From Tubulanus polymorphus (Eukaryota; Animalia; Nemertea), in NCBI RefSeq assembly GCF_964204645.1, contig NC_134035.1, positions 5,518,001-5,582,000 on the forward strand: a stretch of DNA of 64,000 nucleotides, in the 5' to 3' direction. Of this stretch, positions 60,166-64,000 are shown one piece after another (the stretch's first letter is position 1; every line of letters starts with the position of its first letter). Position numbers and translations under genes: made by a program. Under the pieces are notes generated by a model that ran no database searches, was not told where the DNA came from, and saw only the letters and a program-made list of their open reading frames with translations.

Positions 60166-62034
60166 CCATCAACGACAGATATATAGTACCGCTAAACATT
60201 TTTATGGTATTCATCGGTAACGCTATATTTTCATGGCTCACAATCAATCTCTTAACTGTGGCCTCGATTCTGAGAAAATTATTATCAGAAATTGATTTCA
60301 GCTTGAAATGCGATCTTGCCATACGTTCGTATACCGCCGGGCAATCGCCCAGTAGAGGTCATAATGTATAGTATAGCAAATGAAAGAAGCCCTATTTATT
60401 GATGTTACTAGTACGGGGATAGGCAAATCGCGCGAGATAGAATTAGTATCAAAACCGACGAACTTGTCGACGTCAAAGCGACCATTTATCAAAACGACGA
60501 CAACATGTTTCGTGTGGCAGTTATCATGATCGGGCTTATACCATCCGACACGGACATCTCCGGCGCTCGAAGAATACTGCAGCGCAGATTTATGAGATTA
60601 GTTGTCGAATCAAATCTTCCGTTGGTGAAACATCACGTCGTGCAGCCCCCCACGAGGACCTTCTAATCGCCGGGTTTATCAACGGATCGACTCGATTCAT
60701 TGCAGATGATCACAATGGCAACACCGCCAGATGGCGTCACCAGCAACGTTTTGGAAATTCTTTCGATGTGAATATTTCGTAAACGAAATAGTTTTGCCTC
60801 CACTAACCATGAAAATGGTAGGATGACCGAGTAACTACTAGCGACACCTAATGGATCCTCGCTTACCTAGACTGGTTACCGCAGTTTCTATCTTCAATTA
60901 GAAGATCCAATCCCATATTGAATGGGACAGGCAACCAGTTTACTCGCTTGCCATTAACGGAATCCGCGATTGCCCCAGTAGCGTTGGAGGTGCCCACTCT
61001 GCCTCTATTCTTGGGCAGCTGTTTAAAACATTGGAGCTCGAAAGGCTTCCGAGGAGTTTTGCGTAATGAAAACCACGATGAATAGATTCAGAAAATAATA
61101 TCGAAAATCTCCCCTCAAGCGGCGATAAAGTCACGTGATACGTTCCGAGTAATGATTTGAAAAATGTTGAAAATATCCGATCCCCCGGGTTCATTTCTTA
61201 CGTGTAAACAACGTCGCCGTCGATGCGCCGACTCATACAGTCAATGTAAAGTATCGGAATATCGTAGTTGAAAATAAAAAACGTTTCGTATCGTCGATGC
61301 AGCTGTCCCCGATGCTGCGGGCGATGAATCGTTCTCTTCTACGAGCAAGAGATATGCAACGTATCAATACTTAATAATGGCTATGGGAAAATAGATCAGG
61401 GTGTTAAATTCTAACGGCTGCTGCGGTTGTCGCGGCTTTTTTTGACCCGGGGACAGTGTAACTAGTTTTAGAATTTATCCAAAGCGGAATATTCCTTCGG
61501 TGCCGATGTACAGCCGTCGGGCGCAGACGCCGTAAAACACGCGCAAATGAAAATTGCTTATCGGAAGTTAGATCGAAATTTGAATTTCCTGACGGCGATT
61601 TATAAATTCAAGGAGGAAACTCATCTTCAATTTTCGCCGGTGTTCGTTCGCTGTATCGTAATAGTTCTTCGCGCGATTTTTCTACTACGAGTTGTCTATA
61701 GAAATGTCGTTACAAATATACGTGAACCATCGACGATACGCTGTGAGTCCGTGTCGTATTATGACACCAAATCTAAACACTAAGAATGAAAAGTATAAGA
61801 GTTCGAAATGTTTCAACGCACTAAAATTAAATTCAAAGTTTCGACTTGATTCTAAGAGTTTCTTCATCGGCTATAGTTGTTTCAAAATTGTTTGAGATAT
61901 TGCCGTCGGAAAAATACCGTATGGACTTTCCATTTCTACGATGTCCCACTTGTTAAACCGACCTTCGAGCAAATGGTTCCCGGGATGAATCAGTTGCGGA
62001 TCGCAATATCCGTGATAAAACGATAAACGAGTAA

Positions 62035-62312
62035 AATTCCACAATAAATGAATTGATATTATGATATAGCTAAAAAGTTTATTACAATATTCGAAATATT
62101 TCGGGTGTCCACCAGTCTAAAATGACTAGCCAAATAAGTACACCGTATATGTGTTTATATAGAAGGTTATAGCAACTACCGGAAATATTTCTGATATTTT
62201 GATAAACTTTTTGCAGCGGTGAATTCATTTATTGTGGGATTTAACTCTTACGATTCCAGGAATAACGTATTCTCGAAGATGGCTATCGGAATATAGCCAA
62301 AACGTTAAATTA
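62035..62312. mobile_element. Decayed inverted Penelope-like termini plus another hammerhead remnant
   Basis: ccacaataaatgaatt / aattcatttattgtgg inverted arms with AAATATTTC cores; tattc-TCGAAGA-t-GGCTAT..ATAGCC-AAAA-cg-TT at 62268-62310. Confidence 0.6.
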
Positions 62313-63220
62313 ACCATCACTAAACCTCGACAAAAAAGATTTCCAATTTTTCTGCAATCTTATACAGTAGGATTGAGATCGTTACCGATACGTCTTATTT
62401 GATAAGAAAGCGGCCTCCGCAGTATGAACGCATATTCAGAGAATGAGAGATAGAGAGAGCGAACGGTCTCCGAGGAGGGCAATTAAACTATCACATCAGA
62501 TCATCATGTCGTGTGATTGTGTTCCGTGCGCCGTTTGATATTAGCGATGTTCTAATCGCTTTCAGTAGTTTTTACGGCTGTTTCTCTTTGTCTCTCTCTC
62601 TGTGATCGTCATCCGTCGTCTGCAACTGCTGCTACTAAACCAACGACGCGCTCGACGACGGTGAATCTGATTTCGATACACGGAAACAATTGTAGCCGCC
62701 GCCACCGTTTGAGGATCAACTTGATTTGAATTGTCGTTAAATCGTAATTCTCCGTGATATCAAAGCGCGTGAATTGCGCATCAAAACTGCGAGGCGATTT
62801 TTAATCAATTCAAGGCAAAAAAGAATAAAGGAAATTTCCATGTTGTTTTGGATTTGAGAATGCTGCTCACTACTCAACCCTCGTAATCAGCAGTTTAAAA
62901 CTTTTTGTGAGTCAGAAAACGTTGATACATGTCCTGCCTGAATACCGTATATCTTAAAATCGTCCCCTATGCGCGTGTACGATCCCGATCTGATCTCTCG
63001 GTACTCCCTACTTCCTAGTTCCTAGGTCCCCTACTCCCTACTTCCACTCCCTGGTCTCTCGGAATCTACTGAGAATCTACTGAACAAACCGTTTTTATCC
63101 CGAGAATATCACCCCGAGTCTTAATCCTAAATAAACTCCCCAACATTCTATATACAATAATCTAAAATACTCTGAAAATCTCTACAATTAAAAGATCGCC
63201 ACTCAAGACCGTGTTTAACC

Positions 63221-63492
63221 AATACGGGTTATAGGCCTAACGTTCGTTACCGGAAGTAGGTATCAGTTTTCGCGTAAGCCAACTACATTTCAATGAAAAT
63301 CCGTCGGTTCAAGTTTCCAGTAAGCATTTTCTCAAAAAATTGGAAAATCTTGGAAAAGGTGAGTGCGTCTATAGTTTTTGAGAAAATGCTTACTGGAAAC
63401 TTGAACCGACGGATTTTCATTGAAATGTAGTCGGTTGACGCGAAAACTGATACCTACTTCCGGTAACGAACGTTAGGCCTATAACCCGTATT
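63221..63492. mobile_element. Foldback MITE: 118-bp inverted arms with 36-bp spacer
   Basis: Arms 63221-63338 and 63375-63492 with three differences; TA|CGGGTT...AACCCG|TA suggests a TA TSD. Confidence 0.9.
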
Positions 63493-64000
63493 TTTATGAA
63501 ATAATAATGGATACTAACTATGAATTAGCACAAACGAAGCCCAAAGATGTCAGTTTGAAGGGTCTTGGATGTCGATCTTACACTAAATGTTACCAAAACA
63601 GCAGATGTCCTGCCTAAAGTTGTATACAAATATTCTACAAACAGCATTACTATACTTAGCCAAAATAGCAAAATCGTTACATCTGCTAGATATTTCGTGG
63701 ACGCAGTCATCAACACGTTTAAGGTCATTCTGTGAATTCAGTTTGTCGCTTGAGAAAATACTTGACACCGATGTTCAAATGTATATTCATTTTTCAAACT
63801 TCCAAGAAGAAACCGTTCGCTCGTCGAGCACCGAATATGATGCCACGACGGCTGGAAAAATGTACACGACGAAGTTCGATAGATGTGTTACATCGGGGAT
63901 CAATGACGGTCAATCTTTGTTCTGATTTTATGTTCGTTCACGTTCTCGCAACACATGCGCACTTGACGTATTTTATTGTAAGTACAATCCTCCTCCGCCC

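Noticed and set aside
59700-60371. 223-aa Leu/Ser/Phe-rich ORF
   Set aside because: Translation of a polypyrimidine tract; TTG start; no domain features.

Overview
Gene-poor, AT-rich eukaryotic genomic DNA with abundant CpG. The spliceosomal introns and the repeat families point to an invertebrate animal (inference). Two convincing host genes are present: (i) a spliced gene for a 111-aa secreted poly-Ser/acidic protein with casein-like SSSEE motifs (7306-7641, +) and (ii) an intronless four-TM CD20/MS4A-like protein (24804-25403, -). A hidden acidic DSLP-repeat reading frame (22254-22730) was missed by the ORF track. The rest is a dense mobile-element landscape: a young 5'-truncated LINE and several decayed LINEs, tRNA-derived SINEs, many MITEs (including a 41-bp TIR-only element with a 7-bp TSD), a 2.2-kb long-TIR element, a ~3-3.6 kb tandem duplication and several minisatellites. 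The most striking non-coding signal is about ten minimal hammerhead-ribozyme-like motifs (CTGA[T/A]GA-stem II-GAAA-short palindromic stem III) from Penelope-like elements. Several sit in inverted dyads, and one has had its 5' half amplified into a 21-bp tandem array. All calls were made by eye; no searches or folding programs were run, so coordinates of decayed elements are approximate.
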